In this document: piece by piece, positions 17,889 to 28,267 of the stretch
How positions within the stretch are numbered: position 1 is the first letter of the stretch
How the letters are laid out: each line of letters starts with the position of its first letter
Assembly: GCA_944392585.1 (NCBI GenBank)
Contig: CALXXA010000028.1
Coordinates: 521-64,520 of the forward strand
Direction of reading: 5' to 3'
Length of the DNA: 64,000 bases
DNA from: an uncultured Alphaproteobacteria bacterium
Lineage (GTDB): Bacteria; Pseudomonadota; Alphaproteobacteria; CAAHEQ01; UBA3637
Notes under the pieces: generated by a model
The model's input: only the letters and a program-made list of their open reading frames with translations
Databases searched by the model: none
Told to the model about the DNA's origin: nothing
Position numbers and translations under genes: made by a program

Positions 17889-18788
17889 TTAAATGTCCTT
17901 GACTGTGAAAACAATGCTTCCGGAGAGTTCTTCCTTCGGCCCTATACTTTGAATGCCTGTCCCAATGACTCCTTCCGAGGCCAGATTAAAAGCGTTGTTA
18001 GCCATTGTGGTTGGCTCAAGACATATAAAATTTTTGCGAGGAGGCGTAAAAAGAACAATATGAGTAAATATCTTATCGGTTTTTATTTCAAGAGCTTTTT
18101 TAAATTTGAGCCAGCTTATTTCTGCTTTTCCATCAAATCCTCCGAAACACGTATCAAATTCTGTTTCTCTCACTTCTCGAGCTTCCGAAAAAGACCATTC
18201 TTTCGGAGTTTGATATGGATGTTTAATAGGATCTTCTAAATGAGACCAAACATTTTTTGTTTCAAACTTTAACAGTGTGTTTGGAACTTTTACAAAAAAA
18301 GGATGCAGCCCCATTCCGCAAGGCATCGGAAGAATAGATACATTATTTATGCAAATTGTCGTTTTTAAAGTAGGACCATTCATTTCATAAATTAACTTAG
18401 CTTCATATGAAAAAGGGAAGCCTTTCTTTGTTTTGTCATGAGACATTGTCAAGACAACACTTGTAGGCGTTTTCTGAGAAACCGTCCAGGCTGTTTTCCA
18501 GCCGTCTCCATGAATAGGATCTGGAATTCCGGCATGATTCTTTTGAACATAACGTGTTATTCCCCAATATGTGAATTTCCCGTCTTTTATATGATGCGTA
18601 AAAGGAAGCATCGGGAACATACCCATTCCGGTTGGATCTTTTTTTTGGATAGATGTTGCTGATGCGGGGCGTAATAAGTCATAAGATTTTTCCCCTCTTG
18701 TCCGTAAATAAGTTAAGGAGCCTCCACAAAAAGGAGCGATCCCTGCCTCTAATTCTTCTGTTTGTATGATAATAATCTCATCGGACAT
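17889..18788 (-). CDS. Aldose 1-epimerase-family protein
   Basis: 299 aa. Galactose mutarotase-like fold by sequence pattern. Abuts pyk. Confidence 0.6.
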   Translation of the reverse strand: MSDEIIIIQTEELEAGIAPFCGGSLTYLRTRGEKSYDLLRPASATSIQKKDPTGMGMFPMLPFTHHIKDGKFTYWGITRYVQKNHAGIPDPIHGDGWKTAWTVSQKTPTSVVLTMSHDKTKKGFPFSYEAKLIYEMNGPTLKTTICINNVSILPMPCGMGLHPFFVKVPNTLLKFETKNVWSHLEDPIKHPYQTPKEWSFSEAREVRETEFDTCFGGFDGKAEISWLKFKKALEIKTDKIFTHIVLFTPPRKNFICLEPTTMANNAFNLASEGVIGTGIQSIGPKEELSGSIVFTVKDI

Positions 18789-18799
18789 TTTTATCCTTC

Positions 18800-19846
18800 C
18801 TATTTCGATTTTTGCATATTTTCTTTAAGAGATTGATTAGCTCTTACAAGCATGGCATCAATAGAATCTTTTTCATCTACTCGTCCGGCTATACCGAATG
18901 CTGTCGTTATAAACGCATTCCCTATTTCCGTTTTTAAGTTCTGCTCTTGTATCTTAAGGCGCAATCTTTCTGCCAAAAACTGTACATTTTCAATAGGCGT
19001 TTCTGGAAGTAAAATAGCGAATTCAACATCTCCAATCCGACCTAAATAGTCGGAATCTCTGATGGAATCTTTACAAATATGAACTGTTTTTTGCAAGGCT
19101 TCATCCCCAAAACTATATCCAAACTCTTGACCAAGCATGCGAAAATGATCTAACTTTAAAACCAATAAAGAAACTTTTCTGTCATAACGAATGGCTCTTT
19201 TTATTTCTTTATTCCCGATTTCTAGGAAAGCTGCTCTGTTTAAAACGCCTGTTAAAGGATCCATTGATGTGAGCTGCTTTAATTTTTCTTCCAATTGTTT
19301 TCGTTTTGTAATGTCAAAACCAACAGAACGAATTTCTATAGGATTATTGTCCTCGTCGTATACAACTCGGTTTGTCCAAGAAACCCAGACGGTGTCTCCG
19401 TTTTGACGTACGTTTTTTGTTTCTATATCCACATAAAGTTGAGGATTGAGTAAAATTTTCTCAACTAAAGTAGGTTGGTTGGCATCTTTGTGCGTAGATG
19501 GGGGCATAATTGTATCTATAATGCTATGATGAAGGAGATCTTTTTTATTAAATCCAAAAAATTCCTCAGCGTAATCGTTGATATAAGTAATTATCCCTTT
19601 TTTGTCTATTGTGATAATAATGCTTCGGGCGTTTTCTGTGGAAAAAGAGTCTGTAATATCGGAACTGTTTTTTTTGAATTCTTCTAATTCTTTTGTTTTC
19701 GCAGATAAGGACTCAGAGATATTCTTTAATTCTAAACAAGTGCGATTATATCGAATGCGTAATTGGGCGTACAAAAAAATCAAAAAACAAGTGGATATTC
19801 CCAGGAAGACAGCAAAAACCCATGACTCTGCACATGTCGATACCAT
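18800..19846 (-). CDS. Membrane-anchored PAS-GGDEF protein with a degenerate active site (GDVEF) and an intact RxxD I-site
   Basis: 348 aa. N-terminal TM segment, coiled coil and PAS ('IITIDKKGIITYINDYAEEFFG'). 'IRDSDYLGRIGDVEF' aligns to RxxD...GG(D/E)EF. Confidence 0.7.
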   Translation of the reverse strand: MVSTCAESWVFAVFLGISTCFLIFLYAQLRIRYNRTCLELKNISESLSAKTKELEEFKKNSSDITDSFSTENARSIIITIDKKGIITYINDYAEEFFGFNKKDLLHHSIIDTIMPPSTHKDANQPTLVEKILLNPQLYVDIETKNVRQNGDTVWVSWTNRVVYDEDNNPIEIRSVGFDITKRKQLEEKLKQLTSMDPLTGVLNRAAFLEIGNKEIKRAIRYDRKVSLLVLKLDHFRMLGQEFGYSFGDEALQKTVHICKDSIRDSDYLGRIGDVEFAILLPETPIENVQFLAERLRLKIQEQNLKTEIGNAFITTAFGIAGRVDEKDSIDAMLVRANQSLKENMQKSK

Positions 19847-19980
19847 AATCAGCCCCTTTAAGTTTCTAAAAATATACCATAAAGATTAATAGATAAAAAA
19901 ATAATCTGCAACCAAAATCGTATTTATTGACATTTTTTCATTTTTGAGGCAAGGTTGAGGAATATTTTAAGAGACTGTAA

Positions 19981-21420
19981 ATGGCACAAAAAGAAATTGA
20001 AAATATAATTGATGCATCTTATAAATATGGGTTTGAAACGGATGTGGAAACCGAAACGGCCCCAAAAGGGTTGAGTGAGGAAGTCATTCGTTTCATCTCA
20101 ACGGAAAAAAAAGAACCGAAATGGCTTTTGGATTTTCGGTTGAAAGCTTATAATCACTGGTTGTCCTTAAAAGAACCTCAGTGGGCGAAGATAAAATATC
20201 CACCGATTGATTATCAGTCTCTTTATTATTACACAGTGCCTAAAAAGAAAAAAAATCTTAAAAGCTTAGATGAAGTTGATCCAGAGATTCTAAAAACTTA
20301 TGAAAAATTAGGAATCCCTTTGCAGGAGCAAAAGGCTTTAGCCGGCGTTGTTGCTGTAGATGCGGTCTTTGACAGTGTTTCTGTCGCAACAACCTATCAG
20401 AAGCACTTAGCTGAAAAAGGTATTATTTTTTGCTCTATGTCAGAGGCTGTTCAAAATCATCCGGAACTTATCAAAAAATACTTGGGCTCTGTCGTTCCTT
20501 ATACAGATAATTTTTTTGCATGTTTGAATAGCGCTGTTTTTTCAGATGGATCTTTTGTGTTTATCCCAAAATCCGTGAAGTGTCCGATGGAATTATCTAG
20601 TTATTTTCGTATTAACGCTCGTCATTCGGGACAGTTCGAAAGAACTTTAATTATTGCCGAAGAAGGATCTTACGTCAGTTACTTGGAAGGATGTACCGCT
20701 CCTCAGCGGGATGAAAATCAGTTGCATGCGGCAGTGGTTGAAATTGTTGTTTTGAAAAATGCAGAGGTAAAATATTCAACTGTTCAGAACTGGTATCCGG
20801 GAGATAAAAACGGAGTCGGAGGTATTTATAATTTTGTGACAAAACGAGGCCTTTGTCATGATTATGCGAAGTTATCTTGGACACAAGTGGAAACAGGATC
20901 CGCAATTACATGGAAATATCCTTCATGCGTCTTATTAGGAGACCATAGTGTCGGAGAGTTTTATTCAGTCGCTTTGACAAATAATTATCAACAAGCAGAT
21001 ACCGGGACAAAAATGCTCCATTTAGGAAAAAATACGCGTTCTACGATTGTTTCTAAAGGAATTTCCGCAGGATATTCCAATCAAACATATAGAGGCCTTG
21101 TTAAAATGAGTAAAAATGCGTTAAATGGACGAAATTTCTCTAGATGCGACAGTCTGCTTATAGGGAATAAATGCGGAGCTCATACCATTCCTGTTTTAAT
21201 CAATGAAAATAAAACGGCTCAGGTTGAACATGAAGCGACAACTTCTAGAATCAGTGAAGAACAGTTGTTTTATTGTGAACAACGAGGAGTTAATCCTGAA
21301 GATGCGGTTTCTTTAATCGTTAACGGATTTTGTAAGGAAGTTATGCAGCAGCTTCCAATGGAGTTTGCTATAGAAGCCGGGAAATTAATCGGGATTAGCT
21401 TGGAAGGAAGCATAGGATAA
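19981..21420 (+). CDS. sufB: Fe-S cluster assembly protein SufB
   Basis: 479 aa. Typical SufB. Confidence 0.9.
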   Translation: MAQKEIENIIDASYKYGFETDVETETAPKGLSEEVIRFISTEKKEPKWLLDFRLKAYNHWLSLKEPQWAKIKYPPIDYQSLYYYTVPKKKKNLKSLDEVDPEILKTYEKLGIPLQEQKALAGVVAVDAVFDSVSVATTYQKHLAEKGIIFCSMSEAVQNHPELIKKYLGSVVPYTDNFFACLNSAVFSDGSFVFIPKSVKCPMELSSYFRINARHSGQFERTLIIAEEGSYVSYLEGCTAPQRDENQLHAAVVEIVVLKNAEVKYSTVQNWYPGDKNGVGGIYNFVTKRGLCHDYAKLSWTQVETGSAITWKYPSCVLLGDHSVGEFYSVALTNNYQQADTGTKMLHLGKNTRSTIVSKGISAGYSNQTYRGLVKMSKNALNGRNFSRCDSLLIGNKCGAHTIPVLINENKTAQVEHEATTSRISEEQLFYCEQRGVNPEDAVSLIVNGFCKEVMQQLPMEFAIEAGKLIGISLEGSIG

Positions 21421-21494
21421 TAAATGAAAATAAAAAATATATTCTCTCAAAATAAAGGGTTTTGTTTAAAATCTAAAACAATTAGAAGGGTCAA

Positions 21495-22238
21495 ATGGCA
21501 TTATTAGAAATTAAAAATTTACATGTTTGTGTCGGAGATAAGGAAATATTAAAAGGTCTTACATTAACAATAGAACAGGGGACTGTTCACGCTATTATGG
21601 GACCAAACGGTTCTGGGAAAAGCACTCTTTCCAACGTGATTGCCGGGAATCCTGTGTATGAGGTTACAGAAGGTGAGATTTTATTCAAAGGGAAAAATTT
21701 ACTTGCTCTTAAGACAGATGAAAGAGCCAACGAAGGGGTGTTTTTAGGTTTCCAATATCCAATTGAAATTCCTGGAGTTTCTTATGCGACATTTTTAAAA
21801 CAAGCTCTCTCTTGTAAGAGAAAATATTTAGGAGAAACTCCTTTGGATCCTGTTCAATTCATAAAACGATTGAAAATTCGTGCTCAAGCTCTGGGTGTCT
21901 CGGATGATATGTTGAAGCGCTCTGTCAATGTAGGATTCTCAGGCGGAGAAAAAAAACGGCTTGAAACACTTCAAATGGCCTTTCTAGAACCCGATTTTTG
22001 TATTTTGGATGAAATGGATTCCGGTTTGGATGTAGATGCTTTGCGCGTCGTCGGTCAAGGAGTCGGCATCATGAGAGAAAAATGTAGATCTTTTATGTTA
22101 ATTACACATTATCAAAGGTTATTAGATTATATTGAACCGGATATTGTTCATATTATGATAAATGGAAAAATCGTCGCCTCAGGAGATAAATTATTGGCTT
22201 TGAGAGTGGAAGAAAAAGGTTATGCGTGTTATAAATAA
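21495..22238 (+). CDS. sufC: Fe-S cluster assembly ATPase SufC
   Basis: 247 aa. Walker A 'GPNGSGKST' and ABC signature 'FSGGEKKR'. Confidence 0.9.
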   Translation: MALLEIKNLHVCVGDKEILKGLTLTIEQGTVHAIMGPNGSGKSTLSNVIAGNPVYEVTEGEILFKGKNLLALKTDERANEGVFLGFQYPIEIPGVSYATFLKQALSCKRKYLGETPLDPVQFIKRLKIRAQALGVSDDMLKRSVNVGFSGGEKKRLETLQMAFLEPDFCILDEMDSGLDVDALRVVGQGVGIMREKCRSFMLITHYQRLLDYIEPDIVHIMINGKIVASGDKLLALRVEEKGYACYK

Positions 22239-22839
22239 AAGACTTTCTCCTTCTGAAATCTTTCACGAGGATGTTATAGATGCTTCTGGAACATATGTTA
22301 TTGAAGTTCCTGAAGCTGCGCAATATGAAGGTGTTTTTTTGTTAAAGGGGGAAAATCTCAAAATAAATATTTCTCTGTCCGGGGAAAAAGCAAGCTGCCG
22401 TGTTAAAATTGTTTATTTGTCTTGTAATGAGTTAAATAATAACATCTTATGTGATATATATCACAACGTCCCTCAAACGTATTCTTCTCAGTTTGTTAAA
22501 GGTATTTTAGCTGAAAGTGGCAGGACAGATTATCATGGGACTATTCATATTCCGTTTGATAGTCAGAAATGTGAGGGGATGCAAAATCATCAAGCGATAT
22601 TGTTATCTGATACGGCAAGTGTGATATGTGTCCCAGAACTGGAAATTTATGCAGATGATGTTAAGTGTTCTCATGGTTCGGCCATAGGAGCTTTGGATTC
22701 TTCGCAGCTTTTATACTTGCAGACAAGAGGAATCGATTTAAAAGAAGCTCGAAAAATGCTGATACAAGGATTTTTATCAGACCTTTTACCGAAGTCTTTC
22801 GAAAAAGATATTTTAGATTGGATGGTTCAACATGCTTAA
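22222..22839 (+). CDS. sufD: Truncated SufD-like protein, C-terminal half only (205 aa)
   Basis: 'PELEIYADDVKCSHGSAIGALDSSQLLYLQTRGI' is the SufB/D C-terminal signature. Overlaps the sufC stop, leaving no room for an N-terminal domain. Confidence 0.7.
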   Translation: MRVINKRLSPSEIFHEDVIDASGTYVIEVPEAAQYEGVFLLKGENLKINISLSGEKASCRVKIVYLSCNELNNNILCDIYHNVPQTYSSQFVKGILAESGRTDYHGTIHIPFDSQKCEGMQNHQAILLSDTASVICVPELEIYADDVKCSHGSAIGALDSSQLLYLQTRGIDLKEARKMLIQGFLSDLLPKSFEKDILDWMVQHA

Positions 22840-24028
22840 AAAAGATTTCCCTATTTTCCAAGAAAAAGTTTACGGAAAAGATCTTGTTTTTTTAGATACG
22901 GCAGCTTCGGCTCAAAAACCAAAAGCTGTTTTGGATGCGATGCATAGAGCCGCAACAAAAGAATATGCTAATGTGCATAGAGGGGCATATTATTTATCCG
23001 AAGTGGCGACAATCCATTTTGAAGATGCTCGGAAACGAATTGCTGAATTTATTCACGCGCAGCCAAGAGACATTATTTTTACTCGAGGGGCAACTGATGC
23101 GATTAATTTGGTCGCAGGAACTTATGGAAGAACATTGAAAAAAGGAGATGAAATTATTTTGTCTGTTGCAGAGCATCATTCCAATATGGTTCCTTGGCAG
23201 TTGCTGCAAAATGAAAAAGGAGTCATTTTAAAGTTTATTGATGTCACAAACGAGGGTGTGTTAGATTTAGAGGCTTTTCAAAAAGCTCTGACGAAAAAAA
23301 CAAAATTAGTTGCGATGACGCAAATGTCTAATGTATTAGGGACGGTTTTCCCTGTTAAAGAAATTGTTCGGCTTGCTCATGAAGTCGGGGCAAAAGTATT
23401 AATTGACGGGTGTCAGGGAATTGTCCATATTCCGACAAATGTAAAAGATATAAAATGTGATTGGCTCGCTTTTTCAGGGCACAAAATCTATGGTCCGACT
23501 GGGATAGGCGTATTATATGCGAAATGGGATGTTATGAATGAGTTACCTCCCTTGCAGGGCGGAGGCGATATGGTCAAATCCGTCCATCTTCATCAAGCTG
23601 TTTATACGGATTCACCGGCAAAATTCGAAGCAGGAACTCCCGCTATTTTGGAGGCGGTAGGGCTTCATGCGGCAATTGATTATGTTTCTGCCATCGGAAT
23701 GGATTCTCTCAATCAAAATGAAGAGCATTTAATGAAAATTTTAATTGAAGAATTAGAAAAAATCCCTGAAATTATTCCTTTGGGAGAATTAAAGTGTAAA
23801 AAAAGTTTGGTATCCTTTAATGTAAAAGGTTTGCATCCGCAAGATGTTGCTATGATTTTGGATCAACAAGCCGTCGCTGTTCGTATCGGGCATCATTGTG
23901 CACAGCCTATCCATGAGAGATTCGGCGTTCCCGGAAGCATTAGAGTCTCTTTAGGATTGTATAATGATGAGACAGATGTTTTCGCTTTTATTGAAGCTTT
24001 GAAAAAGGCTCAAAGGATGTTGTTATGA
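22832..24028 (+). CDS. sufS: Cysteine desulfurase SufS
   Basis: 398 aa. PLP-lysine context 'FSGHKIYGPTGIGVLY' and catalytic Cys 'HHCAQP'. Confidence 0.9.
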   Translation: MLKKDFPIFQEKVYGKDLVFLDTAASAQKPKAVLDAMHRAATKEYANVHRGAYYLSEVATIHFEDARKRIAEFIHAQPRDIIFTRGATDAINLVAGTYGRTLKKGDEIILSVAEHHSNMVPWQLLQNEKGVILKFIDVTNEGVLDLEAFQKALTKKTKLVAMTQMSNVLGTVFPVKEIVRLAHEVGAKVLIDGCQGIVHIPTNVKDIKCDWLAFSGHKIYGPTGIGVLYAKWDVMNELPPLQGGGDMVKSVHLHQAVYTDSPAKFEAGTPAILEAVGLHAAIDYVSAIGMDSLNQNEEHLMKILIEELEKIPEIIPLGELKCKKSLVSFNVKGLHPQDVAMILDQQAVAVRIGHHCAQPIHERFGVPGSIRVSLGLYNDETDVFAFIEALKKAQRMLL

Positions 24029-24393
24029 CAGAAGAGGATTCTCTTTTCCACGCTCGTTTCGGAAGAGCTCTCCCCAAAGGGAGTTCTGTCGCAACAAAGG
24101 AAATGATTATTGATGCTTTGAAAAAAGTTCAAGATCCTGAGTTAATGCTGGATGTATGGAGCTTGGGCCTCATTTATAATATTGATATTCATTTAAATGG
24201 AGATGTTTCAATTCAAATGACTTTAACTTCTCCTACATGCCCTATTGCTGGTGAAATGCCGGGAATGGTTGCCATCGCAGTCGGCGCCGTTAAAGGAGTC
24301 GGTGTGGTGGATGTTGCTTTGGTTTGGGATCCTCCCTGGTCGGTTGATTTTCTAAGCGATGAACTGAAATTAACTTTAGGTATTGATAAATAA
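24025..24393 (+). CDS. SufT/DUF59-family Fe-S assembly protein
   Basis: 122 aa. 'QDPELMLDVWSLGLIY...TLTSPTCP' is the DUF59/MIP18 fold. Confidence 0.75.
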   Translation: MTEEDSLFHARFGRALPKGSSVATKEMIIDALKKVQDPELMLDVWSLGLIYNIDIHLNGDVSIQMTLTSPTCPIAGEMPGMVAIAVGAVKGVGVVDVALVWDPPWSVDFLSDELKLTLGIDK

Positions 24394-24506
24394 ACTCAAA
24401 GAAGATTATTCCTTCGATAAAGGTTTATACGATAATGTCATGCGCTTTGAAAAAGCATATATTTTAAAATAAAATGTTCTTTTTGAAGAGAGTTGTGATA
24501 GAAACT

Positions 24507-24537
24507 AAAAAGACCGCTTTTAAAAGCGGTCTTTTCT
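24507..24537. terminator. Bidirectional terminator between the sufT-like gene and rpsU
   Basis: aaaagaccgctttt-aaaagcggtctttt palindrome. Confidence 0.6.
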
Positions 24538-24540
24538 AGA

Positions 24541-24747
24541 TTAATACCCTTCGGCCCACTTCCGTTTTCTTTCTATTTTTCTAGCACGGCGAATCCCTTC
24601 TGCTTTCTCTCTTTTTCTTTTTTCAGAAGGTTTTTCAAAATTTCTCCGAAGCTTCATTTCTCGGAAGAGCCCTTCACGCTGCATTTTCTTTTTTAATGCT
24701 TTAAGCGCTTGTTCCACATTATTTTCACGAACAATAACTTGAACCAT
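24541..24747 (-). CDS. rpsU: 30S ribosomal protein S21
   Basis: 68 aa. '[25 protein letters not shown]'. Confidence 0.9.
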   Translation of the reverse strand: MVQVIVRENNVEQALKALKKKMQREGLFREMKLRRNFEKPSEKRKREKAEGIRRARKIERKRKWAEGY

Positions 24748-24783
24748 GATACATCCCTCCTTTCCAGAGTTTATAGAGTATTA

Positions 24784-25344
24784 TTATTCAGCTTTTTTTT
24801 CCGTTGTTTCTTCTTTGTTTTCCTCTTGACTTTGTTCTTCCGTTTCAACCGGCTTGACTAAATCAGAGTTATAAGAATGAGCTAAACGAACAGATTCTTC
24901 TTGACTCCTGGCAACCGTTACTTTGATTTTTTCAATGACATCCGGATGTAAAACAATGCGAACATCAAAGACACCGATATTTTTTAACGGTTGAGGTAAA
25001 TCGACTTGATGTCTTTCTACCTTAACATTTATGTCGCGTAATGCATCATGGATGTCTCTTGCAGTGACAGAACCATATAATTGACCGGCTTCGGAAGCTT
25101 GACGCACCAATACAACTGATAAACCTTTGATCGCTTGAGCTGCTTTTTCGGCTTCTTGGCGACGTTTTAAATTCCGAGCTTCCAATTCTGCCTTTTGGGT
25201 TTCAAAATAAGCTAGATTTTCTTTTGTTGAGCGAAGGGCTTTCTTTTGAGGCAGTAAATAGTTACGGGCATAACCTGTTTTAACTTTAACGACATCTCCC
25301 ATTTGCCCTAAGCGTTCAATACGTTCTAATAAAATAACTTCCAT
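24784..25344 (-). CDS. rplI: 50S ribosomal protein L9
   Basis: 186 aa. 'MEVILLERIERLGQMGDVVKVKTGYARNYLLPQ'. Confidence 0.9.
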   Translation of the reverse strand: MEVILLERIERLGQMGDVVKVKTGYARNYLLPQKKALRSTKENLAYFETQKAELEARNLKRRQEAEKAAQAIKGLSVVLVRQASEAGQLYGSVTARDIHDALRDINVKVERHQVDLPQPLKNIGVFDVRIVLHPDVIEKIKVTVARSQEESVRLAHSYNSDLVKPVETEEQSQEENKEETTEKKAE

Positions 25345-25353
25345 TATTTCCTC

Positions 25354-25596
25354 CTAGTTTTCTGTTCCAGAGACGAAAGGGAGGAGTGCCAAAAAGCGGG
25401 CTCGTTTGATAGCCTTAGCTAATTCGCGTTGTTTTTTTGCCGAAACGGCAGAGATTCTGGATGGAACTATTTTCCCTCGTTCCGAGATGAAACGAAGTAG
25501 TAATTTGACATCTTTATAGTCAATTTTCAGAGCGTTCTTGCCGGAAAAAGGGCAAGATTTTGTACGACGAAAAAATGAATGACGAACTTCCTGCAT
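25354..25596 (-). CDS. rpsR: 30S ribosomal protein S18
   Basis: 80 aa. '[24 protein letters not shown]'. Confidence 0.9.
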   Translation of the reverse strand: MQEVRHSFFRRTKSCPFSGKNALKIDYKDVKLLLRFISERGKIVPSRISAVSAKKQRELAKAIKRARFLALLPFVSGTEN

Positions 25597-25973
25597 TAAA
25601 ATTCCTCTCTTTCTTCTGTATCTAATAAGATGTCTTCTTCTTTTTTGTTGGTTTTAGGAGCCAACATAACGGAAGGACCTTCTTCTAATTCATCAACTTT
25701 TACGGTTAAATGGCGGATAACGTCTTCATCTATCCGAATTAAACGTTCCATTTCTTTGACTGCTGCGGCAGGGGCATCTATATTCATCAATACGTAATAA
25801 CCCTTGCGGTTTTTATTAATTCGATAAGCGAGGTTTCTTAAACCCCAATATTCACGTTTTGTAACTTTCCCACCCATTGTCTCTATAACAGAAGCATATT
25901 TCTTTGTTATATCTTCCACTTGAGCAGATGATAAGTCTTGACGTGCAATAAATACATGTTCATAAAAAGACAT
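25596..25973 (-). CDS. rpsF: 30S ribosomal protein S6
   Basis: 125 aa. '[15 protein letters not shown]'. rpsF-rpsR-rplI operon. Confidence 0.9.
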   Translation of the reverse strand: MSFYEHVFIARQDLSSAQVEDITKKYASVIETMGGKVTKREYWGLRNLAYRINKNRKGYYVLMNIDAPAAAVKEMERLIRIDEDVIRHLTVKVDELEEGPSVMLAPKTNKKEEDILLDTEEREEF

Positions 25974-26133
25974 TGTCTTCTCCTTTTGGATATCTCGGCC
26001 ACGTTTTAAACTCTTGATAAAACCATCTTAGCAAGGCTTGCGGCATAGTCTGCCTTTGAATGCAGACAAGGAGCTATCTGTGCGCCATCATACACTTTTT
26101 TTTAAATATGTCAAGAAAAAAAGTATTCTCTCT

Positions 26134-26165
26134 TACATAAAAAGTCCCGCTATTAAGCGGGACTT
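26134..26165 (-). terminator. Rho-independent terminator of aspS
   Basis: agtcccgc-ttaata-gcgggact hairpin followed by a T-run on the minus strand. Confidence 0.6.
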
Positions 26166-26172
26166 GAACTTT

Positions 26173-27957
26173 TTAATCTTTTTTTTCTGATGTTCTTAGT
26201 TTTATATGAAGCTCTCTTAATTGTTGCTCTGTGGCATAGTTCGGAGCATGCATTAATAAATCTTGCCCTCTTTGTGTTAACGGGAAAGCTATAACTTCTC
26301 TGATATAGTCCTCTTCCGCCAGCAACATGACCAAGCGGTCTATCCCGAATGCACAGCCTCCGTGAGGTGGAGCTCCATATTTAAAAGCGTTTAACATTCC
26401 TCCGAATTTTGCCTCAACAACATCTTTCCCGTATCCGGCTATTTCAAAGGCTTTGTACATGATGTCTTCACGATGATTCCTAATCGCTCCGGACAAAATT
26501 TCAATTCCGTTACAAACCATATCAAATTGGTAGGCTTTTATTTCCAATGGAGAGCTGTTTTGTAAGGCTTCCATTCCTCCTTGGGGCATTGAAAACGGAT
26601 TATGAGAAAATTCTATAACTTTTGTTTCTTCATTTTCTTCATAAAAAGGGAAATCCGTAATCCAACAGAAAATAAACTGGTGGCTGTCAATTAAACCTAA
26701 TTCTTCTCCCAAAGTTGTTCGAACCCTGCCGGTGAATTTTGTTGTTTGAGCTCCTTTCCCGGCAATGAAGAAGACGGCATCTCCTTCGGCTATGTTATTA
26801 ATCTTTTTAATTTGCTCAATCTTTTCGGACGTTAAATTTTTGGCTATCGGTCCTTTTGTTCCTTCCGGAGTAAAGCTAATGTATGCAAGACCGCCGAATC
26901 CTTCTTCTCTCGCCCAATTCCCCAGCTTATCAAACCATGAACGCGGTTTTCCCGCCGCTCCGGGCGCTTTTATCGAACGAATAAAAGCTCCTTCTTCAAC
27001 CATCCTGGCAAAAATACCAAAATCAGAATTTCGGAAAACTTCCGTTACCTCTTTTATTAGCAACGGATTTCTTAAATCCGGTTTGTCTGTTCCATAGGTT
27101 TTCATCGCTTCGTCAAAAGGAATTTCTTTGAATGGGTAAGAAGACACTTCTCGAGAACCAGAAAACTCTTTAAACGCTCCATATATTACCGGCTCTACCG
27201 CCTCAAAAATATCCTTTTGCGTGACAAAGGACATTTCTATGTCAAGTTGATAAAATTCTCCGGGGCTTCTGTCAGCGCGACTGTCTTCATCTCTAAAACA
27301 AGGAGCTATTTGAAAATATCTGTCAAATCCAGAAACCATTAACAACTGCTTGAACTGTTGAGGCGCTTGAGGTAATGCGTAAAATTGACCAGGGTGGAGG
27401 CGACTTGGGACCAGAAAGTCTCGAGCTCCTTCCGGAGAAGAAGCTGTTAATATGGGTGTTTGATATTCTGTAAATCCTTGTTTCCACATCCGTTCTCTTA
27501 ATGATCTAATGAAGTTGGATCTTAAAACTATATTGGCGTGTGCTTTTTCTCTTCTTAAATCCAAAAAACGATAAGTTAAACGTTGTTCTTCCGATAAGTC
27601 GGAGGCGTCTCCGTTTACTTGCATTGGTAAAATGTTTGCTTCTCCCAGAAGCTCAATATCTTCTATCGCTACTTCAATATGACCCGTCGGTAGTTTCTCA
27701 TTTACGGTTGATCCTTCACGTACCAGTACTTTCCCGTCTACTTTTATAACACTTTCCGGACGAATCTTTTCCAACTTCGCAAAACACGGGGAAGAGGTAT
27801 CGACAACGCATTGTGTAAGCCCATAGTGATCTCTTAAATCTATAAACAACAAATTTCCATGATCTCGTTTGGAATGAATCCATCCGGATAAGCGGACTTG
27901 TTTCCCGGCGTCTTCTTTTCGGAGTGCCGCACAGGTATGAGTTCTATATGTGTGCAT
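26173..27957 (-). CDS. aspS: Aspartyl-tRNA synthetase
   Basis: 594 aa. Class II aaRS motifs. '[14 protein letters not shown]' motif 2 region. Confidence 0.9.
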   Translation of the reverse strand: MHTYRTHTCAALRKEDAGKQVRLSGWIHSKRDHGNLLFIDLRDHYGLTQCVVDTSSPCFAKLEKIRPESVIKVDGKVLVREGSTVNEKLPTGHIEVAIEDIELLGEANILPMQVNGDASDLSEEQRLTYRFLDLRREKAHANIVLRSNFIRSLRERMWKQGFTEYQTPILTASSPEGARDFLVPSRLHPGQFYALPQAPQQFKQLLMVSGFDRYFQIAPCFRDEDSRADRSPGEFYQLDIEMSFVTQKDIFEAVEPVIYGAFKEFSGSREVSSYPFKEIPFDEAMKTYGTDKPDLRNPLLIKEVTEVFRNSDFGIFARMVEEGAFIRSIKAPGAAGKPRSWFDKLGNWAREEGFGGLAYISFTPEGTKGPIAKNLTSEKIEQIKKINNIAEGDAVFFIAGKGAQTTKFTGRVRTTLGEELGLIDSHQFIFCWITDFPFYEENEETKVIEFSHNPFSMPQGGMEALQNSSPLEIKAYQFDMVCNGIEILSGAIRNHREDIMYKAFEIAGYGKDVVEAKFGGMLNAFKYGAPPHGGCAFGIDRLVMLLAEEDYIREVIAFPLTQRGQDLLMHAPNYATEQQLRELHIKLRTSEKKD

Positions 27958-27974
27958 TTGGTTTCCTTTTGTTT

Positions 27975-28140
27975 TTGTTTAAGTGTAAGGGCGAATTTCG
28001 TTCGCGGTGCCACCTTACTTTACGCCAGAGACTTCCTCAAGCGCCTTAAAACACGCTGTAACGGGCATTCCCGGAAAGGTCTAATCAGAGCAGGCTCTTT
28101 TCTTCTTTCAGCTCCGCTGTGTCTGCAGCATCAAAGCTAT
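27975..28140. ncRNA. GC-rich (~54% GC over the counted 112-nt core) structured non-coding patch in the aspS/rmuC divergent intergenic region; candidate sRNA or aspS leader, strand unresolved
   Basis: Composition is far above the ~36% surroundings. Several short hairpins. No credible ORF: the overlapping 98-aa track ORF has no RBS or homology. I could not match it to tRNA, tmRNA, SRP or RNase P signatures by eye. Confidence 0.25.
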
Positions 28141-28267
28141 TGCTTCCCTTTATACAACAAAATCTTATCTATGGCAAGAATTTATTTTTATTAAAAGGCT
28201 CATAAAAGTTGTGATTTCTGTCATTTTATTTTACTATTGTGGAAATTGTTTTTTATAAGGATGAAAA

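Noticed and set aside
27898-28194. 98-aa + strand ORF upstream of aspS
   Set aside because: It has no RBS and overlaps the aspS start. It lies in a GC-rich patch that is more plausibly structured RNA, and its sequence (Cys/Arg-rich, low complexity) looks non-protein-like.
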